Of a stretch of 64,000 bases of DNA, positions 1 through 12,089 are shown in pieces. Every line of letters starts with the position of its first letter. Within the stretch, counting starts at the first letter, position 1. The notes beneath the pieces were generated by a model. It saw only the letters and a program-made list of their open reading frames with translations. It was not told the origin of the DNA and did not search any database. The stretch comes from Lama guanicoe (Eukaryota): NCBI GenBank assembly GCA_013239625.1, contig MU054323.1, forward strand, positions 11,305,815 through 11,369,814. The letters are read 5' to 3'. A program made the position numbers and the translations under genes.

Positions 1-24
1 ACACTTCAATTAAAAAAAAAAAAG
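1..24 (+). mobile_element. 3' tail of an L1 cut by the window edge
   Basis: ACACTTCAATT plus poly(A), the same terminus as the L1s ending near 856 and 23800. Confidence 0.65.
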
Positions 25-385
25 AAAACACAGAGTGGAAATTAAGATGCATACATTGGCCAGTTAGACACCTAAGTTAATTTTGGGTCAGTTACTTGGA
101 AATGACATTTAATCATTTTTTTTTTAAACTCCAGAGAGTAATTCTGTTTGCCATTGTTCAGTAAAACCAAACCCTCATTAGTTTCAGATATCTTAAGCAG
201 CTTGACAATTCAATTAATTAGTTAATTTCTGCATTTATATAAATTCATTGTAATTCTAAATTTCTGGCTTAGTATGTGATAAAAAAATTTACTAGAGTGA
301 AAGATTAGTTTTAATGGAGCAGTTTTTTTTTTAGTAGTTGTCAGATCTTGAAGCTGTGGACTCTTTTCTAAAAGAAGAAAAAGCC

Positions 386-862
386 AATGTGGTGTATATA
401 TACACAATGGAATATTACTCAGCCATAAAAATAATGAAATAATGCCATTTGCAGCAACATGGGTGAACCTAGAGATTATCATACTAAGCGAAGTAAGTCA
501 GAGAGAAAGACAAGTATGATACCACTTACACGTGGAGTCTAAAAAAATGATGCAAATGAACTTATTTACAAAACAGAAATAGGCTCACAGACATAGAAAA
601 CAAATTTCTGGTTACCAAAGGGGAAAGGAGAGGGAAAGGAGGATAAATTAGTAATTTGGGATTAACAGATACACTCTATTATGTAAAAAACAGATAAACA
701 ACAAGGACCTACTGTATAGCACAGGGAACTATATACAATATCTTGTAATAACCTATAATAGAAAAGAATCTGAAAAAGAAAAAAAATAGGTATAACTGAA
801 TCACTTTGCTGTACACCTGCAATGTTATAAATCAACTATTCTTCAATTAAAAAAAAGAAAGA
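386..862 (+). mobile_element. 5'-truncated L1 (ORF2 end, 3'UTR, A-tail)
   Basis: ATGGAATATTACTCAGCCATAAAA...GCAGCAACATGG, the 3'UTR motif CTGTATAGCACAGGGAACTATAT, and terminal CTTCAATTAAAAAAAAG. Confidence 0.93.
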
Positions 863-1179
863 AAGTCTAGGATTTTGAAATAGCAAAATGTTCCTAGATG
901 TGGGAAACATAAGGTCACTAAGATCTCATCATATACCTTAAATTTATAAAAGAATCCAATGATTCAATATGGTAATTCAAATAGAACAAGTTTTATACTA
1001 TGAAAAATACACTTTTTCTTTGTTTTATTAAGGAAGATCTCTAAGAAAGACTAACAATAATGAAATATTAATCCTTACAAACAGCACTGTTGAAAAAAGA
1101 AACTTATATGTGAAAATTGGATCTAGGGGACTTTGTATATTGATTAGCCCACTCTTATCAAGCTTTCTACCTCTCACAA

Positions 1180-2050
1180 ATACAATGAGATCATCTTTTT
1201 AAGGTCATTAGTAACTTAAGTCTTGACAAAACATGTAGTCAATTTTGAGTTCTCACTGTAATGAATCTTTTCAAGGTCTTGCATATCTGATTTCACCTTC
1301 CCTCTTGAAACCCTATTCTGAGTGACTTCACCAACATCGCACTCACCTACTAGTTCTTCTTACCTCACTTGCTGCTGCTGCTTAATCTTCTCTTACTCAG
1401 TCTGAACATTGGAGGACCAGAGTCTGTCCTCAGGGTTCCTTTCATCTACTATCTTTTTGTAGATTATCTCATCCAATTCCATCTGTAGGTTAGTGAGTCT
1501 TTATTTAGATATGCCATATTTCATATGGTTCACAAAGAACTATTGCATGCTCCTCCTCCAAATTGTCATTCTTAATCACCATGTCTTCCCTATCTCAGCA
1601 AAGAGCACTGTCATTCCTCTGTTGCTTGGTACAAACACTTATGAATCATCCTTGATTATTCAACAGAAAGCTCAAGCACCACAATCTTCAAAATGTATTT
1701 CAGGTATAACTTTTACCATCTTCTGTATAATAACCCTAATCTAAGCCACTATTGTCAGTCACCTGGACCATCATATCAGTCTTTTAAATACTCTCCAATC
1801 TTGCTTTTCCTGCAACTTTGTTTCCAACCAGCAGTCAGAGAGAGTTTTCTAAAGACATTCTTACGTTACTCTACTAAAAACCATGTAAGGGCTTCCTATT
1901 CCAACCAGAATAAACAAACCTTTAGATGATCTAGCTCTTATTGGCTCATTTTCTTTCTTTTCACTCTTCCCATTGTTCTGTTCTCCAGGCACATTGGCCT
2001 TCTTTCTGTTTCTCAGACACTCAAGAGAAATTTTTAACTGTTTTCCTCCC
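1180..2050 (+). mobile_element. Old L2 LINE fragment
   Basis: Pyrimidine-rich L2-like text (CCTCTTGAAACCCT..., CCAGCAGTCAGAGAGAGTTTTCTAAA); boundaries approximate. Confidence 0.7.
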
Positions 2051-2924
2051 ACACTGAAAAAAGAATACCACAAGTGGCCATCTCTGTTTGGGCCCTGAGT
2101 TGTGATCTCCCATTTTGCCAAAATGATGAAAGCTCCATATTGTACGACTGCAGGCAGAGTTTCCTTGAATCTGACCAGTATATAGTACTGTTCCTCCTCC
2201 TTTGAGAGAAAATGGAGTTTGGAAGGGGTATGGCCAATTTTGGGTTATGTGCTAATTATCTGTGTGGTAAATTAAAATGTATATCATGGTGCATATATGC
2301 ACCAGAAGTCAATAGAAGGCAGGTTCATTGTTGGTGATGAAGACCAGAGGCCTGCTTTTTCAAGAAGCCTTACCAGGAGGGAAAAATAAAACTTACTATA
2401 TATTTAAAAAAAAAAAAGAGTAACAAGAAGAAGAAAAAAAGCATTGTGTTTGATAGTTAATTAAGAATTATGTAAGAAACATTTGTGAAAATCTTTGAAA
2501 TGTACAAAAAGGATTTATAGGGTGTCTTCAGTTAAAACTAGGTAGTCTAGAGCATTTTTCCTGCTTTGGGGTCTCAGCTTTTATTATTTTTTGGTTTATT
2601 TTATAACTTTGTAAATTGTGAATAACTGACAGCAATGCAGATTACTCTTGTCCTTAGACATGCAAATGAATTTTGTTAGTTGGAGGTACTATTGATTTTT
2701 TTTGTCCTCTTGTGGGAGAAGCTAGTTTTGGATTTACTAAGCAAATACATTTTACCATTCCCAATTGCCTATATGTTTGTGTTCTTTGGATTCACTTTTG
2801 AACCAGATGAAACATCTTATTTTTTCCATAATTAACGAATTAAGTAAAATCATAGACAAGTGTTCATTTTACATTTGCATCAGAGACACAATGTTATCTT
2901 TTTGTTTGAATTATCCTTTTAAGG

Positions 2925-3130
2925 CTTGAACTCTGATGTGCTTGAATCCCACTGTAGCATTTTATGTCATTGTGATTTGGAGCAGGGAATTTTATTTTTT
3001 AACCTAAGTCTGTTTACCCACTATAAAAAGGGGTGACGGTGCTATTTTTCTGCTGTGGTTTTTGTGAGGATTAAAGGAGATGTTGCAAGTAACACCCTTC
3101 TCAAAGTACCTCATATAGCTTAAGAACTCT
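2925..3130 (+). mobile_element. MIR SINE
   Basis: GCTTGAATCCCAC...TTTGTGAGGATTAAAGGAGAT MIR core and tail motifs, degenerate. Confidence 0.65.
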
Positions 3131-4027
3131 ACTTTTTATTATTAGAAGGCTTTGGCAACTAATTTTACCTTGCCCAAGACTTAATTTCTTAATCTGTAAA
3201 GAAAAAAAGAGGAGACTTTTTACATGGTTGTTAGGTTATAGGTTTCACTGGCAAAATTGGAAAGAATGGAAGAAGTAACAGTAGTTCCTTTTGGAAGGGA
3301 GGACATTTTAAACATGCAGTTAGCTTTGCTGCTCTGAGAAGAAGAAATGTAGAGTTTGATCTGGTGAGCCATTCATTAGAACAGCAGTCTGGTAATTCAG
3401 TTCAGTAAACATTGACTAAGGGGACCCAGATCTGCTTGCTTTTGTACTAGGAAGAAGCACTCAGGCTGGAAGTGTGGCTTACTAGGGTAACAGAAGTATT
3501 CTTTGCCCCTTAAAGCAATTTGGAGGGTGGTTCCTGATAGATGAAAGGCTTTGGAGCTCAGCATCTTGTTACATGTGGACATGCTCACCAGGGAGTCAAA
3601 CTGGAAAGGGCTGCATTTTGCTTAACTAGGAATAACCATTTGTAATTTTAAGAGCAATGTTTGGGTGAGTAGGACGTGGGATGATTGAAGAAGAGGGAGG
3701 AACTGGAAAGATGGCTCAAGGATATATGTTATTTAAATTGACCATTCCCTCTGACCCTCAGTATTTACAAATGTTTTACCTAAGGTTTTCTTGGGGGTTC
3801 GGGTGATGAGGGTAGGATGGAACTGATGAATTGGTTGAATTTAAAAAGGGGATCCTAAGGCTGAGGGAATTTAAGGCCCCCAGAAATTAGTGGTGGTCTG
3901 GGAAAGACCTTGGCTTTCTGTGAGTTATGTAGTTGGAGAAAGCTGGGGGATGGTTCAAGCAAAGGGCATCCTCAGCTACTATTAGCTGAGGATAATGAAA
4001 ACGACCCTCAGTGCACTACCATGTGCA

Positions 4028-4521
4028 TGTCAGGGAGGAAGAAGACGTTCCTCTACTCCTGTCAGGTCTTCTAACTGGTCTAAGAATTAAATTGTCATGA
4101 GAAACCAAACCTAATTTTGTACGGGAATCCCACATACATGAGGTCAGAGAGTTCACATATAGGAGAAGTTCAAAGATGGAAAGGTAATATGAGGTATGTA
4201 TGCCATTCCTGAGCTAAGGATTGGGACAGGGGCCTGGGGCTTCCAGAGACAGGAGGGTCATCACAGAACATAAGAAGAAGAGCAGATGTTTGGTAATTAG
4301 ATGTTTTGCCCTGCCATACACGTGGGGCCACTTAGATAAAGTTAATCTCTGGTAATGACTCTTTTTCTGGGGAAGAACCCCCAATTTAAATTCTTCTAGG
4401 TGGTTAAGGGAGAGGCAGTACTCTCTCTTCAGCCCAATCCAGGGTCTGGATTGCCTTTAGCTCAAAACAGTCTTCACGCAAAGGTGACACATTTTGGGGA
4501 GGCGTGTTCTGAACCCCTACA
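4028..4521 (-). mobile_element. Solo ERV1-class LTR, MER34-related
   Basis: TG...CA termini. The minus strand starts TGTAGGGGTTCAGAACACGCCTCCCCAAAATGTG...TTTTGAGCTAAAGGCAA, a MER34-like 5' end. Probable 4-bp TSD TGCA (4024-4027) / TGAA (4522-4525). Confidence 0.8.
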
Positions 4522-5239
4522 TGAACAGCAAGGAGTTTATACATCAGTAGATAACTACAGTTATAACTGGTTTATACATTGATTTTGATGTAACAGAATT
4601 AAGTACTACTATAAACAAAAGCAAGAGTCTGCCTGATACAAGCATTTTAAAGTTTTATACAAAATAAAATAGTCCTTGTGATTTGACTTCAGCCTCAGGG
4701 TCTAGGAAGTGGGAAGGATGTGTCATGCCTGCTTACTTTCTTAAGGGTTAAGGTTAGGGTTCCTCTAGCCATCTTTGGAACCTGAATATCCCAAATGTTG
4801 TGGAGTGTGGGGAGGGGAGCGGCCCCCTACCCCATTCCTTCTGGAGGTTGAGATCTGGGCTCAGACTTTGCCTTAGCTGTCCATGTTCTGGCTAAAGGTG
4901 TTTTAACTTTGCTTGCTCCTCCTTTCTGGAGCCTGAGGGCATGGGGCACGTATTGGAGTCTCACCACACTCTTCTGACATTCCTACCCTCAGCACTGCAG
5001 GTATAGTCCTCCAGGCTTGCTGAGTTAATAAACCTGTTCATTAATCCAGTCAGCACCTGAATGTCTCAGTTCCCTGGGCCCCTTATGTAGTCCTTTTATA
5101 CTGTGAACCATATGACTAGCCCAGGACACTGTCCCCAAACTCTGCTTTCCCTTTCTTCTCCCATTTGTCACTTCACTGGCTAAAAGACAGAGATGAGACT
5201 CTATTCTGAGAAGATAGCAACAAAAGGATGAGATGATAT

Positions 5240-5348
5240 ATGCATTTTACGGAAAAATAAACTATGATGCTTATGAACAATGGGTAGTGAGCAAGGCAGT
5301 TTCTAGTCATTGCATGTAGTTTCTAAAAGCTGGATGGTAAAGCTGTGA
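5240..5348 (+). pseudogene. LCLAT1: Disabled counterpart of the human LCLAT1 alternative upstream coding exon (pseudo-exon or possible 5'UTR exon)
   Basis: Reads M-H-F-T-E-K-*-T-M-M-L-M-N, then with a -1 shift W-V-V-S-K-A-V-S-S-H-C-M-*-F-L-K, ending TGTGA|GTAAGT. This aligns with the human long-isoform extension as I recall it (MHSRGREIVVLLNPWSINEAVSSYCTYFIKQDSKSFGI). The human sequence is from memory. Confidence 0.7.
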
Positions 5349-6981
5349 GTAAGTCTGTGTAGTGGTTTCCCTGCTTCATGTATCTGAAGAGGAAGCTTTT
5401 CTGAATTGATCATAGTTGTTCTGTTTATGTTGTATTTTTGAAGTATTCTGTGGTTGTTCCATAAACTTCTTTGAAAAATAAACATTTCTGTCAGAGAGAT
5501 GTATTTAAAGTTTCCTGTTGATAGAAAATAAAATGGTCCTTTTCTGTCAAAGAACAAAACTCAGCATTTCTGTTTAGCATTTAGTCATGTGATTCTTTTT
5601 GAATCTTTATGTTAAAAATGAAGTACCATTTTGTTTATAGAGTTCAAAATATTAAATTGAATATGTTCTAGAGTTTAGCCCTTACATTTTCTGCTGTGTG
5701 TGGTAACTTGCTTTTATTTGAGTTAGGTAGATGGTTATGTGACACCATTAGCTAGTATCTTTTTTTGGGTAGTGATGGCTCTTTTGAGGGTAGGTGAGTG
5801 GGAGATTCTATCTCTGTGGATAACTCTTGACAACTGATTCTGACGACGTGCTCCCCCATCACTAGGCTCATGTTCTCCATCTGTCTAGTGTCCATTTGAA
5901 ATCTCTGGTTATTGGCCTCAGCCTCAGCTTGGCTAACACTAAATTCATTCTCAACGCCATCCTCTCTTCCCTCCCTGGGTATGTCCTTGGAATTTCCTGA
6001 GTGATAGGAGTATCTTTGGTTAAGCCCCTTTTTGGCCAGTGAGCATTTTTATATATATTTTTTTCTCACTTTTATGAGTACTTTTGTAGTATAGAAGATT
6101 AGAAGTAGAATTATTGGATGTAAATTTATTTGCCTTTTAACTCTTGCCAGCTATGCTAAATTGCCTTTTAAAAGGTTCTATCAGTTTATCCTCTCAGTAA
6201 TAGTATGTTTAGGAGGCCTTGTGTCCCCATACCCTCACTTTTGCTAGATTTTATCATTGTCAACTATGATAAAGTAGCAGTTGGAAACATGGCATCACAT
6301 TGCTATAATTTGATTTTCTTTTCATATGTGACTGTTTCGAATCTTTGCTCATTTTTTCTATTGTTAGATTTTATTCTAATTCTTAATGCTGTCATATTTT
6401 ATAGATAACTTTAATTCATCTGGAGTTTATTTTGATTTTATGGAATGAAAACTGCTTGATTCTGAAGGAGATTCAGGGGCTAGTGGGCCTTGAAATTGTG
6501 TATTGGAAAAATTTAGACAATAAAAATAAATTTTGCTGTCTTTGGAAAGTAGTTCATTTCAAATTCATTTAAAAATTTAATTTATTATTACCCCATTCTA
6601 TAAAGTGTGTTGGGAAAACAAGAAAACCCTGCCAACAAAAAGACCTCTCCTTACCAGTGTAGAAGGGAGAAAAAACTCGATGTATTTGGTATGCATGTCA
6701 GATACATGAATGTAGATAGTTCAAGAGAGTCTGTAAAATTTCATTCATATTTACAGTAAAATAGACATTTAATATTTCTGTTATATTTTTGAGAGACAAA
6801 TAAATGCTCCCTGTGATAGCCTACTGTACACATGGTGACAGATTCCTGAGTTAATTCCAGAGGTATGTGTTTATAGGTCTGAAAGTCAGAAGGCCTGTGA
6901 CCTTGCATGGTTAAAATCTGGAGACTAAGATTATCTAGTTCCTGACCAAAAGATTTGGCCCATGTTTTTAAGGAAACACAC

Positions 6982-7455
6982 TTGGTAGGCTGAAAATGAC
7001 TTTCCAAAAGAGATCCACGTCCTGATCCCTGGTAACCTCTTATGGCCAAAAAAGGTCTTTACGTTTGTGATTAAATTGAGGTGGGGTGGTTATCCTGGAG
7101 TATCTGGTTGCATCCTAAATGCAATCACGTGTATTATGAGGGAGGCAGAAGGAGATTACACACATAATCACACACATACTCACACACACACAGAAGGAGG
7201 CAAGGTGATCCACCATGGAGGCCGAGATTGGAGTGATATAGCCACAAGTCAAGGAATTCTGGCTGCCATCTGAAGCTGGAGGGGGCAAAGAATGGATTCT
7301 CCTTCACTCCCTGAAGGGATTGTGTCCTTGACACCTTGATTTCAGTATTGGCTTCCTAATACTGATTTCAGACTTCCAGACTCTGGAACTGTGAAAGAAT
7401 ACATTTCTGGTGTTCTGAGGCACCAGGTAATCTGTTACAGCAGCCATAAGGAGGA
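6982..7455 (+). mobile_element. MaLR LTR (MLT1C/D-like) with an internal imperfect (CA)n run
   Basis: TGGTAGGCTGAAAATG...GATCCACGTCCTGATCCCTGG, ATCCTAAATGCAATCAC, GCCACAAGTCAAGGAA and the TGTTACAGCAGCCATA end motif. Confidence 0.88.
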
Positions 7456-8104
7456 AAAATATATTCCCTAAGGAAAGGAAAGGGTTAGCTCTCCCCTCTT
7501 TATTAAACTAAGAAAATTTCATTTAATTTACCCTTATATTAATTATTGGTATAACACTTGGCTGTTGACTTCTGTTTGCTAATGAGCATCATTTATTGGT
7601 TCTTACTGTTGAATAATAGAGATTAAAGTTAAATAGGCTACCAAAGTGACTTTAAAATAAAAATGAAGGTTTAACCTCTGGTATTTGTAAGGTTGATGGT
7701 GACATATTTTGATTATTTTTAAAAAATCTGAAAAGTATTTTTCCAGAGTTTTCCCCCAAATTTATTATTTTTCTTGTTTTATTTTTTTAAAGAAAATGAT
7801 TAATTTCTTTTCCCAATTCTACTTTTGTCTATATGAGAATTTTTTATTTTATTAGAATTTTCAGGATTTTAACCAAACTCATTTTAAAATTCTTCTTTTG
7901 TATGTTCCCTAATCATATAGTTTTACTTTCATTCATATTTCTGTTCTCCTGTTTTCTTTAATATCTTTATTTTAAAATCTTAATTTGACTGCTTAGTTTA
8001 TGTTCTCTTTATTATTATTTTATACAATGTATGAGTATAGCTCTGTATGAATTCTGTAACTTTTGATTTGTAATATCTTTAGATTTTTTCCCTTAATATT
8101 ATTG

Positions 8105-8262
8105 CTTCTAAACTTTGGTAGAGGGCTTATTAAAAATATGTATTCTCTAACTCCACTCTAAACCTATTGAAATGAGAATCTCTGGGTTTAGGGCTGAAGC
8201 TTCTGTGTTTTAAACAAGCTGCCCAGGTAATCTGGATGCACACCAGAGTTTGAGAACTATAA
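8105..8262. mobile_element. MER5A-like hAT-Charlie MITE
   Basis: GAATCTCTGGG...TTTTAAACAAGCTGCCCAGGTAATCTGGATGCACACCAGAGTTTGAGAACTA. Confidence 0.8.
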
Positions 8263-8514
8263 GTCTTGTTTATCTTTAATTTAAAAAAATTTAGTTCAAT
8301 GTTATTTAGGAGTTTAAAATTTTCAGATTGTTAAGAGTCTTTGTTTTGAATTTATTATTAATTCTTTGTTTTACTGTGTTATAATCAGAAAATATGCCCT
8401 GTAAATTAATTGAGATTGCCCTTATGTCTTAACAGATAATTGATTTTTGTAAGTAACCTCTACTGTGGATACTTGAAAAAAAGACAGGTTATGACATTTG
8501 GTTTCTATCTATTG

Positions 8515-10020
8515 ATTTTTTTAGAAAAATTGAGGTGAAAGTCACAAACCATAAGATTAGCTATTTTAAAGTAAACAAATCAGTGGCATTTAGTACATTT
8601 ACATCATCATGTCACCACCACCTCTGTCTAGTTCCAGAGTACTTCATCACCCCAAAGGAAACCGTGAACTTAGAAGCAGTTACTTCCTTTATTCCTCCAG
8701 TCCCTGGCAACCACCAACTTTCTATGTATGGGTTTACCTATTCTGGATATTTTATATAAACAGAAACATTTATCACCTTCTGTGTCTTGCTTCTTTTACT
8801 TAGAATACTGTATTCAAGGTTCATCCATGTTGTAGCATGTATCAGTACTTCATCCCTTTTTAACGCCAACTAATATTTCATTGTACATGTATACCACAGT
8901 TTGTTTAGTCATTCAACAGATGACTATACATTCTCAGCAATGTATGAGGGTTCCAGATTTTCTGTCTTCACCAATACTTGTTATTTTTCCATTTTTAAGA
9001 TTGTGGCCATCCTTGTTGGGTATGTAGTAGTATCTCGTGGTTTTGATTTGTGTTTCTCTAAAGACAGTGATATTGAGCATTTTTTTATGTGCTTATTGAC
9101 CATTTGTGTATCTTCCTTGGAGAAATGTCTATTCAAGTACTTTGTCCATTTAAAAAGTTGTTTGTCTTCTTTTTTTTGTTAAATTATTGGCATTCTTTAA
9201 TATTTTGGATACTAGCACCTTGATTTGCAAAAGTTATCTCTCATTATGTGGGTTGTCTTTTCACTTTCTTGATAGTCCTTTGATGTATAGAAGTTTTAAA
9301 TTTTGATCAAGTCTAGTTTATCTAGTTTTTCTTTTGTTGCTCATGGTTTTGGTGTCATCTAGGAATTCATAGCCAAATCTGAGGTCGTGAAGATTCACCC
9401 ATATGTTTTCTTCTGGGAGTTTTATAGTTTTAACTCTTACATCTGGGTCATTGATCCATTTTGAGTTAATTTTTGTCTGTGGTATAATACAGAGGTCAAC
9501 TTCCTTCTTTTGCGTATGGATGTCCAGCTGTTCTAGTACCATTTGTTGCAGACTATTCTTTCCCTATTGAATGGTCTTGGCTCCCTTGTCAAAAATCAGT
9601 TGGCCATAAATGTATGGATATATGTCTGTGTGTGGGTATATTTCTGAGCTCTCACTTTTATTCCTTTGAGCTACATGTCTTTTCTTATGCCAGTAACACA
9701 CTGTTTTGATTATTGTAAGCTTTGTAGTAAGTTTTGAAGTTGAGAAGTGTGAATCCTCCAACTTTGTTCTTTTTTGTTACTGCTGGCTACTTGGGACCCC
9801 TTGGAATTCCATATGAATTTGAGGGTCACTGAGCTTTTCCATTTCTTCAAAAAAGGCTATTGGAATTTCAATAGAGATTGCATTAAATCTGTAAATTTAC
9901 CTGGTGGGGGAAACTTTTGGTCTTTGGCTATGGGGTGTGATGTTAACTGTGGGTTTTTATTCAGTCTTTGACTGTTGAGTGTGATGTTAGCTGTGGATTT
10001 TTCTTAAATGCCCTTATTTT
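8515..10020 (-). mobile_element. Old L1 (L1MB-like) 3'UTR and ORF2 3' part
   Basis: T-rich end at 8515. Minus-strand ORFs 9318-9542 (TKINSKWI...KTIKLPEENI) and 9564-9761 (IIKTVCYWHK...[14 protein letters not shown]) are L1 ORF2 remnants. Confidence 0.93.
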
Positions 10021-11143
10021 TCTTTTAAATTTTAAAAATTTCTCTAATTGGGGTTCATTGCAAAATCCTAAATAAGCTAACTTAAAAATTTTGCCAGTTT
10101 ATGGGAAGTAGTCTCAAAATTGAGAACAGAAGAAATTTTTAGATAGTAATAATTTTTGTGCTTGGTGATTACTATATGGTCAAGAATATGCAGAAAGCAT
10201 TTATGGAATAGGGGTAAAAAAGTGAAAGGACCTTCAGACCTCACTGAATACAGGATTTTATTCTCTGAACTGTTGCAGTTGACAATTACATCTACTTCTA
10301 AGGCTACACTGTTTAATATTGGCTTGTGGAAAAACAAAGTTTGCCCAGATTGAGCCTTTTAAAATTAAATATTTTTTTCATGTGTTAATTTCTTTCTTGA
10401 TTTGTAAAAAGTGTTTATGAATATCAGTCAGCTTCTTTTTCTGAGGCCTACACAGGAGGAAAGAACCATGGACCAACAACTTCATCAGAAGTTGCTCAGG
10501 AAAATGGAAACCCATTTTCTTATAAAAATGGAAGTGCCTCCAGAGTCAGAATGCAGATTGTTCTTGCATTTGGTAAACTGTCTTATTGCCTGCCTTCCTT
10601 ATAGGTATTTTAACGGCATTCAGATAGGTTTGATACAAAATATTTTTGGTAGACCAGGTCTTAGAAATATTTTTTGCAGAGAGACAGGAGGTGATTACCT
10701 TTCATACTCATTTCAGGTATTTTCAGTTATCCTAAATAGTTTTGGGAAAAACCCCCAAAACCCTACTAGAATAATTTTGCTTCTTTGAGTCTTGCCAGCA
10801 TTCTTTCCTTGACCCCACCAACCCTGTCCCCTCAACTTGTAATGGAATCTTTTGTGCCATGTTTAGCTAATGCATTAAGTGAGACTTTTAAGTCACAGAG
10901 ATGAGGAAGAGAAAAGATTAGCTGTGGATCAGGTGTTGCCTAAAACTTTTTGCATTAAACAAATCACAGTTGTGCCTTTCTTTCCATCCTCTCTGGAGTT
11001 TAAAACATTGTGTAATGATTTGTTGTCTCTGAATATAGTTGATTTTTGTGTACAGTTTACCCGTGGCCTCACCAATTAACAGAGAGCAGGTGTTTCCTCT
11101 TGGAAAATAGTTTGCCTGGACTGGATATTTTTTATTGTTCATT

Positions 11144-11148
<5 letters not shown>

Positions 11149-11190
<42 letters not shown>

Positions 11191-11240
11191 TATATATATA
11201 TATATAAACACACATACACACATATATACATATACATACA
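11149..11240. repeat. Compound (TA)n/(CA)n microsatellite
   Basis: Two long pure TA runs separated by a CAC interruption, followed by mixed CA/TA. Confidence 0.97.
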
Positions 11241-12089
11241 GATCCAGGTTTGAATTTTCTTGTAGAAGTTGATAATTTTCATTTTGGCATTGGGTCTTTG
11301 TATGGAAATCTGGTGGTGACTTTTTGGCTTGTGGCTGCAAGGGGCAATAATAAATGCACTCTGGTTTTGTGTGCTTTTCTCTTATTATTATTATGAAAAC
11401 TGCCTAAAAATTTTGGGAGGCCTTATTATGGGGTTGGAAAGAGCCCAAACTTTATAATAATCTGTATTACTTACCTTATACACAAGGATATGTAAATTAT
11501 GATTTTATAACTGGCTTTCTTTTAATTCATTCTGAACATTTTAATGTATGTTTAAATAGAATAACTTTAAATTAACATGCATGTTTTATACAGTTGGGTG
11601 TAGTATTTCTCTATTAGCCAGAATAAATGTTGAATGATTCTTTCCTTTTCATGATTTTTTTCTGATAGATGATTTCTCCTAATATTGTGATGCCCTCTAG
11701 TGAATTCAGACTTTCAGATAAAAAGTTATGAGAGGCAGTAATTAGTACAATGAAATCTTTGAAAGGAACATTCTAGTAATTAGGCCTGTTTTTATGTCTT
11801 GTTGAGAAGACAAGTTTCTTTTCCTGGAAGTGTTAGAGCGAAGATTTGATAATATCCCATGAGCCTTAGTATTGAATTAAGTGAAATTGTTCCAGATGAC
11901 TTCTAAAATCTCCTTCAGCTTCAAGGTTCTAGATTCTATATGAGTTATTAGTCTTCAGTCAATAAATAATAAGCATCCATAGTGTTTAGCACTGTCTTGA
12001 AGGTTGTGAAGGTTTCAAAGGTATTATTAAGCCATGGATGTGACTTCAAGTAACTTTTGTATGCATCAGTTTGGAGAAAACAATAGTAG

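Noticed and set aside
2287..2304. 18-bp perfect palindrome TGGTGCATATATGCACCA
   Set aside because: About 0.25 such palindromes are expected by chance in 64 kb (64000/4^9), and more in AT-rich DNA; no supporting context.
10411..10788. 125-aa ORF and a possible 117-nt cassette at 10456-10572
   Set aside because: GTG start, no recognisable protein and a weak donor (GTAAAC); not enough support.
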